Virus record (IMG/VR): IMGVR_UViG_3300028591_000073
Span: 230,549 to 294,548 of that record
Reading direction: 5' to 3' (one strand)
From: a virus
Taxonomy: Duplodnaviria > Caudoviricetes
DNA: 64,000 nt
Shown here: positions 30,471 through 40,019 of the stretch, piece by piece
How positions within the stretch are numbered: position 1 is the first letter of the stretch
How the letters are laid out: each line of letters opens with the position of its first letter
The notes under the pieces: model-generated
The model's input: only the letters and a program-made list of their open reading frames with translations
The model's database searches: none
Told to the model about the DNA's origin: nothing
Program-made: the position numbers and the translations under genes

Positions 30471-33400
30471 TTAAGATTCACGTCTGTTGACGTTCACGAT
30501 AATCGGAACACGGAGTAACAGACCACGGAATGTGACATTGACATAGCATACAACAATTTCTCCACCATCGGTATTGATATCCCGTTCAAATTGGATATCG
30601 AGAGACTGTACCATGTTGCCAGCCCAACCGGAGAAGATATTGTTAACTGTTTCTGTCATGGAAGAAAGAATACCATCATCGACATATTCCAGCAGCCATC
30701 TGTCAATCTTGTTCTGGAGCAGATATACGAGTCTGGACAGTGTTCTCATATTGCTTTCCTGAAGAAGATCGGATGTGCCGGTTTCTTCTCTGTAGAGAGT
30801 TCTCTGAGACTTACGTTTCAGACTTCTGCTTTCATCGAGTACCCAACTATTACCACCAGAAGTGTACAGAAGTTCTTCCAAGTCCCAATCTGTTGTATCG
30901 ATATCCGGGAAGAAGCTGGTGTATTCATCCGGTCCAATTGTTGTATAAGTATTGACGAATGGTTTGTTGATTGTATATCTCTGGATATGATCAAACATAT
31001 GGTCAACCAATCTCTTGGTGTAGGTATATGTCTGACCATTCAATGCGGAAGTATAACCACCGATATCCCATGATGCATTCGGATTGGTGAATCTGGAACG
31101 GAAGGATTCATTCATCTTCTTGATCATTTCGATATCGCAGAAACCAGAGTCGAGATGGAGAGATAGACCAGAGCCAGGACCGATTGGTCTCTTGCTTTCC
31201 GGAATACCCATGTAGCATCTCTGAATCATCAGATCATACATTGCTTGCTTTACATCGATATCGGTAGAAACAGTGGATGCAGCAATCATCTTGGAATTTG
31301 CAGCAAACTCTTCCTTTTCTTCATCAGTAAAGACAGTGGAAGCATAGACATAATCTTCAATTGTCGGTGCAGAGAATGGAAGTGCTTTGATACCAAGAAC
31401 AGTATTGAAGCCACCATCAAACAAGAACTTCGCAGGTACACGTGCAGGAGAAAGAATACGAGGATCTAATTCACCCTTGAATGCTTGTACCAGAAGATCA
31501 GAATATCTCAGTTTGAATTCGATCGAAGTGATCTCGCTCTTTTCATAATCATCAAAGAATCCAGTAGTACCACCAATAACTGCCATGCCACCCTGTTCAG
31601 ATTCTGGAGAAATACCATAATTTGCAATGTAATAATTTGCAGGAATCACAGCAGTTGTTTCCGAAAGTCTGAATGTGGAATTAGACATACTGGAGATTCT
31701 GTATCTCTTGATGTATGTGTCGATAGACGGAAGAACTCCGATCAGATTGATCAATGTTTTGTTTGTATAACTACTTCTATCATAGCCAGATGAAGTTACA
31801 GTATCACCAAGATAGATGTAATCATATTCTTCAGAATCCATATTGGTTGTAATATTGATTCTCGGAGGTAGTGCAGAACCACGATATTGGTTGTATGTTG
31901 TTACATCATAAAGAACAGGTGTTAGTTTATGAGATTCCTTATCTTCTTCGAAATATGCAATGATATCAACCAGGTTGTTGGAAGTGATGGAGATACCAAC
32001 TTTTCCAACATTAGACTGTGTATACTCACCAAGCTCCATTGGGTTCAGATTGATTGCTTCATCCAAATCATTGATTACAATCGTACCATATTTGAAATAT
32101 GCACCAGGAAGAGCTGCTTCGATTTCTTCATCAGTTGTCAGTGTAAATGCTGCTTTCACTTTAGATCTCAAAACAATGATATCATTAATTGCAGATTTAT
32201 TGTAATAAGATTCATAGTTCAAACATGCATAATAGTTATTCGGATATGCTACAATGCTTGTGATATGTGCACCTGTTGCATTTGCATCATAACCGGTAAT
32301 ACGATACAACTTAAATTTCTTAATATTAGAAAGCTTTTCAGTATAAGTAACTGCAATTGTTGTACCATAGCTGGTATTGCCTACGTCTCCAGTATAACCA
32401 GAAGCATTTCCGATTTGGTCATTCAGGAACTTGATCATTGTGGTTGTATCAGGAAGATCATCAATAACAGTTTCTGTATATTTGAATACCTTCTTGATTG
32501 TAGTGGATGGTGAAACGTTATCGATCGTATATTCGATTTCATTTGTCTCACTATTGGTAGTGTATTTGAAGTTATACAACTTCGGGATGTTCACAGACAT
32601 ACATGCGCCAGTGAACTGCTGAATGGAAGAAATAATACTGATAGAAGGCTGTGTGGTGTCTGCATTTACCAGATACATTTGACCAGGAACCACATTGTTG
32701 ATTTTCTTAATGGATTCTCTATCCTTCTGCCATACCTGTTCTCTTTTTGCAGTATCCGTAATTTGAGATCCTTCATCATTGTAGATATCTTCAACATTGA
32801 TTGTCTTGGTATATTCTGCGACAGTGTCTCCATTCAATTCTGCAAAAACAGAACCATCTGCTACATATGCAGTGTTTCTACCATTGCCTTTCTCCCAAAT
32901 GTTTCCAGTGTTGGAACCGCTCAGAACTTGATTTCTACCATACAGATCATTCCAATATGAATAAATCTTTTCATCAAAGATTGCACCAAGAATTTCATTA
33001 GAAGTAGTCTGATTGGATTCGGTATCAGTTCTGCGACCAGATTCACAGTCTTCAACAATAATGTTTGTTTTATCCAGTTGAGGAATGTCAGAATTGAGCA
33101 TGTCCACTGTATAGAACGGAATATCGAGATTATCAATCTCAATACCATTATTATTGTAAAGATATTTACCAAAGATGATATCGAACTTATTTACATTCAT
33201 ATCATTGTAAATGAATTCATAAGAAGCTTCACGATCAGTGTATTCCGGTGAGCGGTTTTCTTTGTTGTAGTTAAATACTTCTTGCCACTTTGCAAATACT
33301 TCTTTGATGGCTTGTTCATTCACATAAGGAATCATGATAGAAGAGCCTTCCAGTCTCTTATTCATCTGCACATTAACTGTGTCCATATTGGATGTAACAC

Positions 33401-34166
33401 CATATGCACTCAGTTTTGTTTCATAATTGATAAGAGAAGCTGTAAACTTTTCAATTTCCAATGCAGTAGAATATCTGTTATCCAAAGTACCAAAGTTGTA
33501 GATTGCATTAGCAAATTTTTTTCTCTGAGCATAACTTGGTTTATTGATATATACTGAGAAATTGTTATAAGCAGAACCTCTACCAGCAGACACATATGTC
33601 ATGAGAACAACTCTGTGCCAGTTTGCATCTGTTGCGGTTTCAACACCAGCTTCAACAGTATCACTTTTCAGTCTTGTGAAAGTAGCTTTTGCAAGACGTT
33701 CTGTATTCTTATATGCAGCAAGATTGATACCAGCAGATGCAAGATCAGTTTCTACTGCTTGTACAAGCTTGACTTCCAGTCTTCTTTCTTCTGTATCTAG
33801 GATTCTCCAAAACAGATACAGTACAACAACACCATATTGTGCATCAGGAGGTGTGATACGGAGCAGCTTGACAGGAACATTCTGCGAAATCAGACTGGTG
33901 GGATATTCCACGCTTTGTCCATATTTTTCGATATCGCTTGCAGTAAGTGTTTCTGCACCAAATGCTTTATTCAGTACATCAGAACGAGTAACTGTTACAA
34001 CACGATTATCTACACCCATCGGCATACCAGTCACAACGATGGTTGCCAGTAGAGATGGATCGTATGTTTCAGTAACGCCGAGAGTTCCAGTGTATGCTGA
34101 ATTATCTACAATATGAACAAGACTGTGAGGAAAAGAATATTTCAATCCAAATCTTGAATCAATCAT
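30471..34166 (-). CDS. Contractile tail sheath protein
   Basis: N-terminal HSLVHIVDNS...KAFG...KYGQ...LLRITPPDA and C-terminal LQESNMR...YVNVTFRGL...IIVNVN match sheath termini; large central insertion. Confidence 0.8.
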   Translation of the reverse strand: MIDSRFGLKYSFPHSLVHIVDNSAYTGTLGVTETYDPSLLATIVVTGMPMGVDNRVVTVTRSDVLNKAFGAETLTASDIEKYGQSVEYPTSLISQNVPVKLLRITPPDAQYGVVVLYLFWRILDTEERRLEVKLVQAVETDLASAGINLAAYKNTERLAKATFTRLKSDTVEAGVETATDANWHRVVLMTYVSAGRGSAYNNFSVYINKPSYAQRKKFANAIYNFGTLDNRYSTALEIEKFTASLINYETKLSAYGVTSNMDTVNVQMNKRLEGSSIMIPYVNEQAIKEVFAKWQEVFNYNKENRSPEYTDREASYEFIYNDMNVNKFDIIFGKYLYNNNGIEIDNLDIPFYTVDMLNSDIPQLDKTNIIVEDCESGRRTDTESNQTTSNEILGAIFDEKIYSYWNDLYGRNQVLSGSNTGNIWEKGNGRNTAYVADGSVFAELNGDTVAEYTKTINVEDIYNDEGSQITDTAKREQVWQKDRESIKKINNVVPGQMYLVNADTTQPSISIISSIQQFTGACMSVNIPKLYNFKYTTNSETNEIEYTIDNVSPSTTIKKVFKYTETVIDDLPDTTTMIKFLNDQIGNASGYTGDVGNTSYGTTIAVTYTEKLSNIKKFKLYRITGYDANATGAHITSIVAYPNNYYACLNYESYYNKSAINDIIVLRSKVKAAFTLTTDEEIEAALPGAYFKYGTIVINDLDEAINLNPMELGEYTQSNVGKVGISITSNNLVDIIAYFEEDKESHKLTPVLYDVTTYNQYRGSALPPRINITTNMDSEEYDYIYLGDTVTSSGYDRSSYTNKTLINLIGVLPSIDTYIKRYRISSMSNSTFRLSETTAVIPANYYIANYGISPESEQGGMAVIGGTTGFFDDYEKSEITSIEFKLRYSDLLVQAFKGELDPRILSPARVPAKFLFDGGFNTVLGIKALPFSAPTIEDYVYASTVFTDEEKEEFAANSKMIAASTVSTDIDVKQAMYDLMIQRCYMGIPESKRPIGPGSGLSLHLDSGFCDIEMIKKMNESFRSRFTNPNASWDIGGYTSALNGQTYTYTKRLVDHMFDHIQRYTINKPFVNTYTTIGPDEYTSFFPDIDTTDWDLEELLYTSGGNSWVLDESRSLKRKSQRTLYREETGTSDLLQESNMRTLSRLVYLLQNKIDRWLLEYVDDGILSSMTETVNNIFSGWAGNMVQSLDIQFERDINTDGGEIVVCYVNVTFRGLLLRVPIIVNVNRRES

Positions 34167-34273
34167 ATGCCTAATCTCCTTTACTATAAATTTGAATAGT
34201 TGTATCAGAATCTACGGAATCGGGTATAGAGCCTGAACAATTATAATTTTGTGTGTACTGTGCAACTACTTTG

Positions 34274-34295
34274 GAACGCCCCATATGGGGCGTTC
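34274..34295. terminator. CATATG-centred palindrome
   Basis: GAACGCCCCATATGGGGCGTTC between divergent units. Confidence 0.55.
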
Positions 34296-34302
34296 ACATA
34301 TT

Positions 34303-34368
34303 TTCTATTTTTTTAATTTTTGATATATATATAATTAATATGATAAAGAAGATAATAATCTTTATCAT
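34303..34368 (+). promoter_or_regulatory. Putative early promoter plus hairpin (copy 4)
   Basis: TTCTATT...TGA-TATATATATAATTAATATGA, then ATGATAAAGA...TCTTTATCAT. Confidence 0.7.
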
Positions 34369-34371
34369 ATC

Positions 34372-34560
34372 ATCAGTATTAACGACTACACTCATCATTA
34401 TGAGAAGCCAAATACGGCATAACGAGTCAGACTTAGAAGATGATCACTGATATAGATTAGAGTCTTTGATATCATATTAAACCCTTCAGGTTTGTCATAG
34501 CAAGGTTGAATGCATATATACCTTGGATCTTGTATAAAGATCGCACCTGAGTAAAGGGTA
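34372..34560 (+). ncRNA. Structured leader or candidate ncRNA
   Basis: Two predicted multibranch domains (see findings). Confidence 0.45.
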
Positions 34561-34577
34561 TCCTAAGGAGGATTACT

Positions 34578-34904
34578 ATGACTATCAGATTTACATTTAC
34601 CGGCAGAAGATTCGCGCTTAATGGTTACACATTTTATCTTTCTGCAGAGGTCCAGGAATACATCCTGAAAGCAGCCGGCGGAACCATTTCGGGATGCTGT
34701 TATGAAGCACTGGGACAACGCCTGCTCGACAAGGCGAACCCGTACCTCCATTGCAGCAGCTTCCCCCGTGACGAACTCCGCGGCCTCTGTAAGGCCGCAA
34801 CCGACCATCATCACTATCACCACATTATTGCGACAACCGCCAACTGTCGCAGAATCGGAAAAGCCGCAGCTGCAATCCTCAGCAGCTGCGCTACTGTCCG
34901 CTGA
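34578..34904 (+). CDS. GC-rich Cys/His-rich early protein
   Basis: 108 aa, SD AAGGAGG, HHHYHH, visibly higher GC than the flanks. Confidence 0.7.
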   Translation: MTIRFTFTGRRFALNGYTFYLSAEVQEYILKAAGGTISGCCYEALGQRLLDKANPYLHCSSFPRDELRGLCKAATDHHHYHHIIATTANCRRIGKAAAAILSSCATVR

Positions 34905-34958
34905 GAGTGATGGAAAATCATCCCGCATGCAATGCCGCCGGCATGCGGGATGATAACA

Positions 34959-34995
34959 AAAAGCAGATGGTATGCCGCCGGCCATCTGCTTTTTT
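34959..34995. terminator. Bidirectional terminator
   Basis: AAAAGCAGATGG...CCATCTGCTTTT. Confidence 0.75.
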
Positions 34996-35941
34996 ATTTT
35001 TTTCTCAACTCGTAAGTCCGATTTAAAGAATCTTTTGCATAACCAGCTTCACGATTGATTTCCGTAATGTCTGATACAGGATTCGGATAATCGTCCAATA
35101 ATTCTCCAGATTCAGAAAATGTTGCAAATTCCGTATCTTCATCAGAATCTCCAATCAACACAACTGTTGTTGGATTCTCCGTTTCATATTGTGTATACTT
35201 ATCCAGCTTTCCTAAACCAACTGCCCCATTCAGAATATCTTCTGCACGATCGATATCCGAAGCAATGGTTTGTGGATCATAAGAATCATTATAGTTAACG
35301 GGAACCCCAGCTGGTAATTTATCAAAGATATCATCCAATACAGAATGTCCGATATCAGAACCAGTTGTTGGTAATACTCCAGGATCACCACCTTGTGGAG
35401 TACCACCACGTGCAAGCTGTTGCTGTTGCTGTTTCAATCGTAATTCAGAAATGTTTTTCTTGATATTGATCATTTCTTTATTGATACCAGTAACAGCAGA
35501 TCTTGCGGCTGTTAATGCCTGCATTGCTTCAATGTCATTTTCATTTAATCCAAACTTATCTTTGTCTTTTAAACCTTCCATCAATTTCTTTTCGAATAGC
35601 TTTGTGATACGAACTTGATCAGCTGCTGATGTACGCAGTGCAGCCAACTCAGCCGTATAGATTTTGTTTGGATCAATCTTATTGTCGATAATTGTTGCGG
35701 GTGCTCGAGAAGACTCATCGAATGATGCAATAATCCCAGTAACACCTCCCCAGTTGTCATATGCATATGGGGAGATATACTGGGTTGCATTTGGATATAA
35801 TGTGGGCTCCATTCGGTAAGCATTAAATTCATTTGCAAATGATTGTGGATTTGTGTACATTTGTTGCTGTTGTTGTGATTCGATGTCTGGAATTAAATGT
35901 TCCATTTCACCGATTGCATCAAATAAACTCATAAGTGTCAA
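34994..35941 (-). CDS. Hypothetical protein with coiled coil
   Basis: 315-aa ORF, SD GAAAGGA. Confidence 0.7.
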   Translation of the reverse strand: MTLMSLFDAIGEMEHLIPDIESQQQQQMYTNPQSFANEFNAYRMEPTLYPNATQYISPYAYDNWGGVTGIIASFDESSRAPATIIDNKIDPNKIYTAELAALRTSAADQVRITKLFEKKLMEGLKDKDKFGLNENDIEAMQALTAARSAVTGINKEMINIKKNISELRLKQQQQQLARGGTPQGGDPGVLPTTGSDIGHSVLDDIFDKLPAGVPVNYNDSYDPQTIASDIDRAEDILNGAVGLGKLDKYTQYETENPTTVVLIGDSDEDTEFATFSESGELLDDYPNPVSDITEINREAGYAKDSLNRTYELRKK

Positions 35942-35975
35942 TTCCTTTCGTAATAAATTTGTATCGAGAGGTTGA

Positions 35976-36242
35976 CTAGTTTTCTTGATTCAAATAATCT
36001 TGAATACAATCCTTACATGATCTCCCAAACTCACATGGAATTGTTTTTTCTTCGATAATATCCAAGATACACTTTCCATCTTTATCTTTGATCTTATCAT
36101 TGATTTTTAATAACAAATCATACATGTTTGTGTTTATTAATTTTAAACGGTTTGTCATGTCATCGTTCCTCCTCACATTGTATTCATTTACCAATTGATC
36201 ATAGCTCTTAATGGAATCATCTTCCATCCAGAACTTCGCCAT
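35976..36242 (-). CDS. Small protein with C-terminal Cys cluster
   Basis: SD GAGGTG before MAKFW; C...CEFGRSCKDC. Confidence 0.65.
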   Translation of the reverse strand: MAKFWMEDDSIKSYDQLVNEYNVRRNDDMTNRLKLINTNMYDLLLKINDKIKDKDGKCILDIIEEKTIPCEFGRSCKDCIQDYLNQEN

Positions 36243-36268
36243 TGTTATCACCTTCTTTATCTAAGAGC

Positions 36269-39200
36269 TCAACCCGCATTTGTCATTGTTTTGGGAGGTG
36301 TCTGTGGTGGTTGATTCATTCCGCCATTTGTCATCGTAATATTACCTGCAGAATTTTGTTTGATATATTCAGATGTCATCGTTGCCATTTTATCAAGTTC
36401 TGCTTTTTGTTTGTTCACAATCATCACAGTGTTATTGATATACCATCTGATGGATCTCCACGGTTGTTCATTTTCACTAGGTGCCCCAACTAACATTGCC
36501 AACATATCATTTGCTCGCTTCTGGAATGTGATTAATTTTTGTTGTGTTTTATTCACATTATTTCGATTCTTTTTTGCTTCAGCAACTTCCATTTCCAAAC
36601 CTTTTAGAATTTGTGAAAATGCATTTTGCAATTGCTTGGATTGCTGGTCTAATTGTGACAAACGATTTGCCATATCATTAAACTCGGATATTTTCATCCA
36701 TTTTGGTGGCTGATCTTGCTGTAACGTTAATAGTTTAATGATATCTCGTTGCAAATCATTCAATGATCGTGTCCCATTCATTTGTGCAGACTCTGTAACG
36801 TTTGTTGGTATATTCGAAAATTTGGTTGCATAATTACTACCCATTTGTGTGATTCCATTCATATCGGTATGACAAACTTGCATTGCGTATTGTGTAAACA
36901 TATCATATGCTGAAATCACATTATTCAAGCATCCATCATATGGTACTAGCACTTTATAGATTATGATGTCATATGTGGTTGGATCATCGGGTTTCTGTAC
37001 AAGTTTGAATTTAATATTCTTAAACTTGTTTTTGATCTTCACAGGAAGTTGTGATTTGTAAATCAGCTTCTTTGTGTTATTTGGATCAAAATTTGGATTT
37101 GTTGTTTGTGTGATAATCGGTTGCTCATTCTTTTGATTCATATTCTTGATTTCATCAATCACTCGATTGGCTTGTGTGATTGTTTCACTGTTGATATTTT
37201 GTGATAACGATTCTGTTGAGTTCACAATCTGTTGAAGTACGTTTTTCATGTTTTCATCAGAATTTGTCATCACATCTTGTTTCGCTAATTCGATGATCTC
37301 GGAAAATCTTGTTAAGGTTGCAATAGAACTTGCGAAGTTAGAATTATCAACGATTTGTTTCACTTCTTCTTTTAGTTGATTGATTTGATCTTCATATGCC
37401 TTTTTCTGATCTTCGGAAACCTGATTCATTTGACTTGTGAGCTTATCAATTAATTCTTGTTTTGATGAAGCATTTTGTTGAACAGTCTCTGTCAGTTGTT
37501 TTACCTGGTCATTCAATTGTGTGATCTGATTCACAAGATCTTCTGTTTTTGCTTGTCCATTTTGGATTGCACTTATGATATTCGTCAACATCTGCTGCTG
37601 GGTTACATTGAATTGACCCATCTTATTATTCAATTCTTGCTGTCCTTGCTGTAAACCATTTAATTGTTGCTTCATTGCACCCATGCTTTCACGTTGGTCA
37701 TTTGCGATGGTTTCCAGCCTCTGACCTTGTTGTGTTTGGGATTGTTGCAAGCCGTTCAATTGATTCTGTATGTTTGCTTCAGCACCAGCTCGATATCCCA
37801 TGTGGTCATCCAAGGATTGTTGTAAGTTATTCACGTTGGTGTTCACATTATTAATCTTGCCATTGATTCTGGTTTCCGTGTTTTTAATATTTGTTGCCAA
37901 AGCATCAGCAGTATTTATTGTATTATCATTAATTTCATTTGTTGTATTTTTTAAATCTTCAGCAAACTTCTGTTCCAGTTCTGCTTTTGCATCATTTAAT
38001 GCAGTTAATGTTTCTTGCTTTGCTTTATCAATTTGAGAAGAAAGGGCTCCATCGTTTGCATTTAATGTATGAACTGCATTTTCAATATTATCATTTGTGG
38101 ATCTTTCTACATCGCGGATTTGACCACTAATTGATTTACGAGCATCCTTTATATCTTTTCTAACACCAGCCATACTGGAGCTCAACTGTTGAAATTTTGT
38201 TTTTACATTTGACAATATCTGATTTTGTTTTGTGTTAACTTTGGTGAGATCTTTGTCAACATTATCAACCTTCGTTTCAACACTGTCCACTTTCGATTCA
38301 ACACCATCAACCTTTGTTTCAATGTCAGACAACTTTGTTTCTGCATCTGTTACTTTTGTTTGAATATCACTTAATTGACTTATAAGTGCGGCAACTGTGG
38401 GATCAGATGGATCCAATCCAGAAGGAGTTGGGGTTGGAGTTGGACTTCCAGGTGTGGGTGTAGGGGATGCACTAGGAGGCGGTGCTGCACCAGGTAAACC
38501 TGTATAATTAATATTGTAAGTATGGGTATCTCCCTTTGATCCACCACTACTTCCTGTGTTCGCATATACCCCATTACCTAAGATTCTGTCAAGAAATCTG
38601 CCAACAGGGTGGAATCCATTTGCTGGAGTAGGACCAATGAAACTGCTGTTGATATTATTTCTTTTAGCATTCGCTTGAGTTCGAGCCAACTTTGCTTCTG
38701 CTGCTCTCTGTTTTGCTTCTGCAACTTGTGCATTTGTATTTGCACGATTAATTCTACCTTGACCGAACAAATTATTTTGCAATTCACGTAATGGCTCTAA
38801 TAAATTTGGATTTTTTTGTGCGGCTGATTTCTTCAATGCAGAAAATTCTTGTTGCTTTTTCAGAATCTCAGTACGCTTATCCAAACTTTGAATATATAAA
38901 TCCAATCCCTCAGGATCATGTTTCATATACCAGTTAACAGTAGCTGTTGGTGATAATGCAGCCAATGCGGGAAGCTTTTGTGGAACTTTACCATTTGTCA
39001 TTTCCTTAACACTGGACAAATCCGATCTAAGTTCATTCAATTGTTGTGATAAAGCTTGTTGATCTTCTTCAGAAAGATTGCCAGAACTCAATTGTTGTTC
39101 AAGTTGACTGAACTGCTGTTCCACTTGAGACAACTTGGATTGCATTTCCTGACTGGTCTTTTGTGCATTACCACCACCAGATTGATTGGGATTATTTGGC

Positions 39201-40015
39201 TGATTCGCATCATTCCCAGCTTGTGCATCTCCATTATTATCCGAACCAATACCAAATGTTTGTTTCAAGGAATTCAATAATCCACCAACAGTACTTTTCT
39301 TTTTTGCAACATCTGCATCTAATTGATCTGTGCTTTCACGTAAAGATTCTACGTCTAATGGGGTGGAACGATTGAACTCACCACTGTTGTTTTGATCATT
39401 TGGAGTTGGTAGTTGGTTTGGATTTTGTTGTTCATTGGGAGATGTTTGTGAACCATCTGCATTTGCATTCTCATCTTGTGTGAATATTTGTGCAATATCA
39501 TTTTCCGTTATTTCTGCATTTGCTTCTGGATCATTTGCATTCTCCGTTGGAAATTGTTGTGGGGTTTCTTCCGTAGCTTCTTGTTGTTCATCCTCAGGTG
39601 TGGGATCTTGCGTTTCCACATTCTTTCCTCTTGTGAACAAACCTTTGATCCAACCAATGATCTTTCCAAAGAAACCGAAGATCGCACCAAAGATTCGTTT
39701 GATGACACCGATGATTTTATCCAATAATGATGGATTCTGTTGTGGTTGTGCATCACCTGTCTGTGGCTGCTGTTCACCACTTGTGGGTGCAGGTGGTTCT
39801 GATGTTGGTGTAGAGGATGATGGTTGTTCAGATTGTGATGGTTGCTGATTTTCATTTCCAGCTGTTTCTGGTGGTGTGGTATCCCCTTCCAACACATATT
39901 GCTCCATGATTACCTCTTTTACGAGATAATTGGATAATTGATACAGCACTTCGAGTTCATATTCTTCTTGCTGTTCCTGAATTAGTTCATCAAATGTATA
40001 TCTCATGAATATCAT
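36269..40015 (-). CDS. Large coiled-coil putative internal head/ejection protein
   Basis: Acidic propeptide-like N-terminus ending YVLE-G, amphipathic KIIGVIKRIFGAIFGFFGKIIGWIKGLF, Pro/Thr linker and heptad repeats. Confidence 0.55.
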   Translation of the reverse strand: MIFMRYTFDELIQEQQEEYELEVLYQLSNYLVKEVIMEQYVLEGDTTPPETAGNENQQPSQSEQPSSSTPTSEPPAPTSGEQQPQTGDAQPQQNPSLLDKIIGVIKRIFGAIFGFFGKIIGWIKGLFTRGKNVETQDPTPEDEQQEATEETPQQFPTENANDPEANAEITENDIAQIFTQDENANADGSQTSPNEQQNPNQLPTPNDQNNSGEFNRSTPLDVESLRESTDQLDADVAKKKSTVGGLLNSLKQTFGIGSDNNGDAQAGNDANQPNNPNQSGGGNAQKTSQEMQSKLSQVEQQFSQLEQQLSSGNLSEEDQQALSQQLNELRSDLSSVKEMTNGKVPQKLPALAALSPTATVNWYMKHDPEGLDLYIQSLDKRTEILKKQQEFSALKKSAAQKNPNLLEPLRELQNNLFGQGRINRANTNAQVAEAKQRAAEAKLARTQANAKRNNINSSFIGPTPANGFHPVGRFLDRILGNGVYANTGSSGGSKGDTHTYNINYTGLPGAAPPPSASPTPTPGSPTPTPTPSGLDPSDPTVAALISQLSDIQTKVTDAETKLSDIETKVDGVESKVDSVETKVDNVDKDLTKVNTKQNQILSNVKTKFQQLSSSMAGVRKDIKDARKSISGQIRDVERSTNDNIENAVHTLNANDGALSSQIDKAKQETLTALNDAKAELEQKFAEDLKNTTNEINDNTINTADALATNIKNTETRINGKINNVNTNVNNLQQSLDDHMGYRAGAEANIQNQLNGLQQSQTQQGQRLETIANDQRESMGAMKQQLNGLQQGQQELNNKMGQFNVTQQQMLTNIISAIQNGQAKTEDLVNQITQLNDQVKQLTETVQQNASSKQELIDKLTSQMNQVSEDQKKAYEDQINQLKEEVKQIVDNSNFASSIATLTRFSEIIELAKQDVMTNSDENMKNVLQQIVNSTESLSQNINSETITQANRVIDEIKNMNQKNEQPIITQTTNPNFDPNNTKKLIYKSQLPVKIKNKFKNIKFKLVQKPDDPTTYDIIIYKVLVPYDGCLNNVISAYDMFTQYAMQVCHTDMNGITQMGSNYATKFSNIPTNVTESAQMNGTRSLNDLQRDIIKLLTLQQDQPPKWMKISEFNDMANRLSQLDQQSKQLQNAFSQILKGLEMEVAEAKKNRNNVNKTQQKLITFQKRANDMLAMLVGAPSENEQPWRSIRWYINNTVMIVNKQKAELDKMATMTSEYIKQNSAGNITMTNGGMNQPPQTPPKTMTNAG

Positions 40016-40019
40016 CTCC

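Noticed and set aside
36269-40015. Tape measure protein call for the 1248-aa coiled-coil ORF
   Set aside because: It is not adjacent to the tube/chaperone genes, and its N-terminal propeptide-like segment and amphipathic helix fit an internal head protein better.
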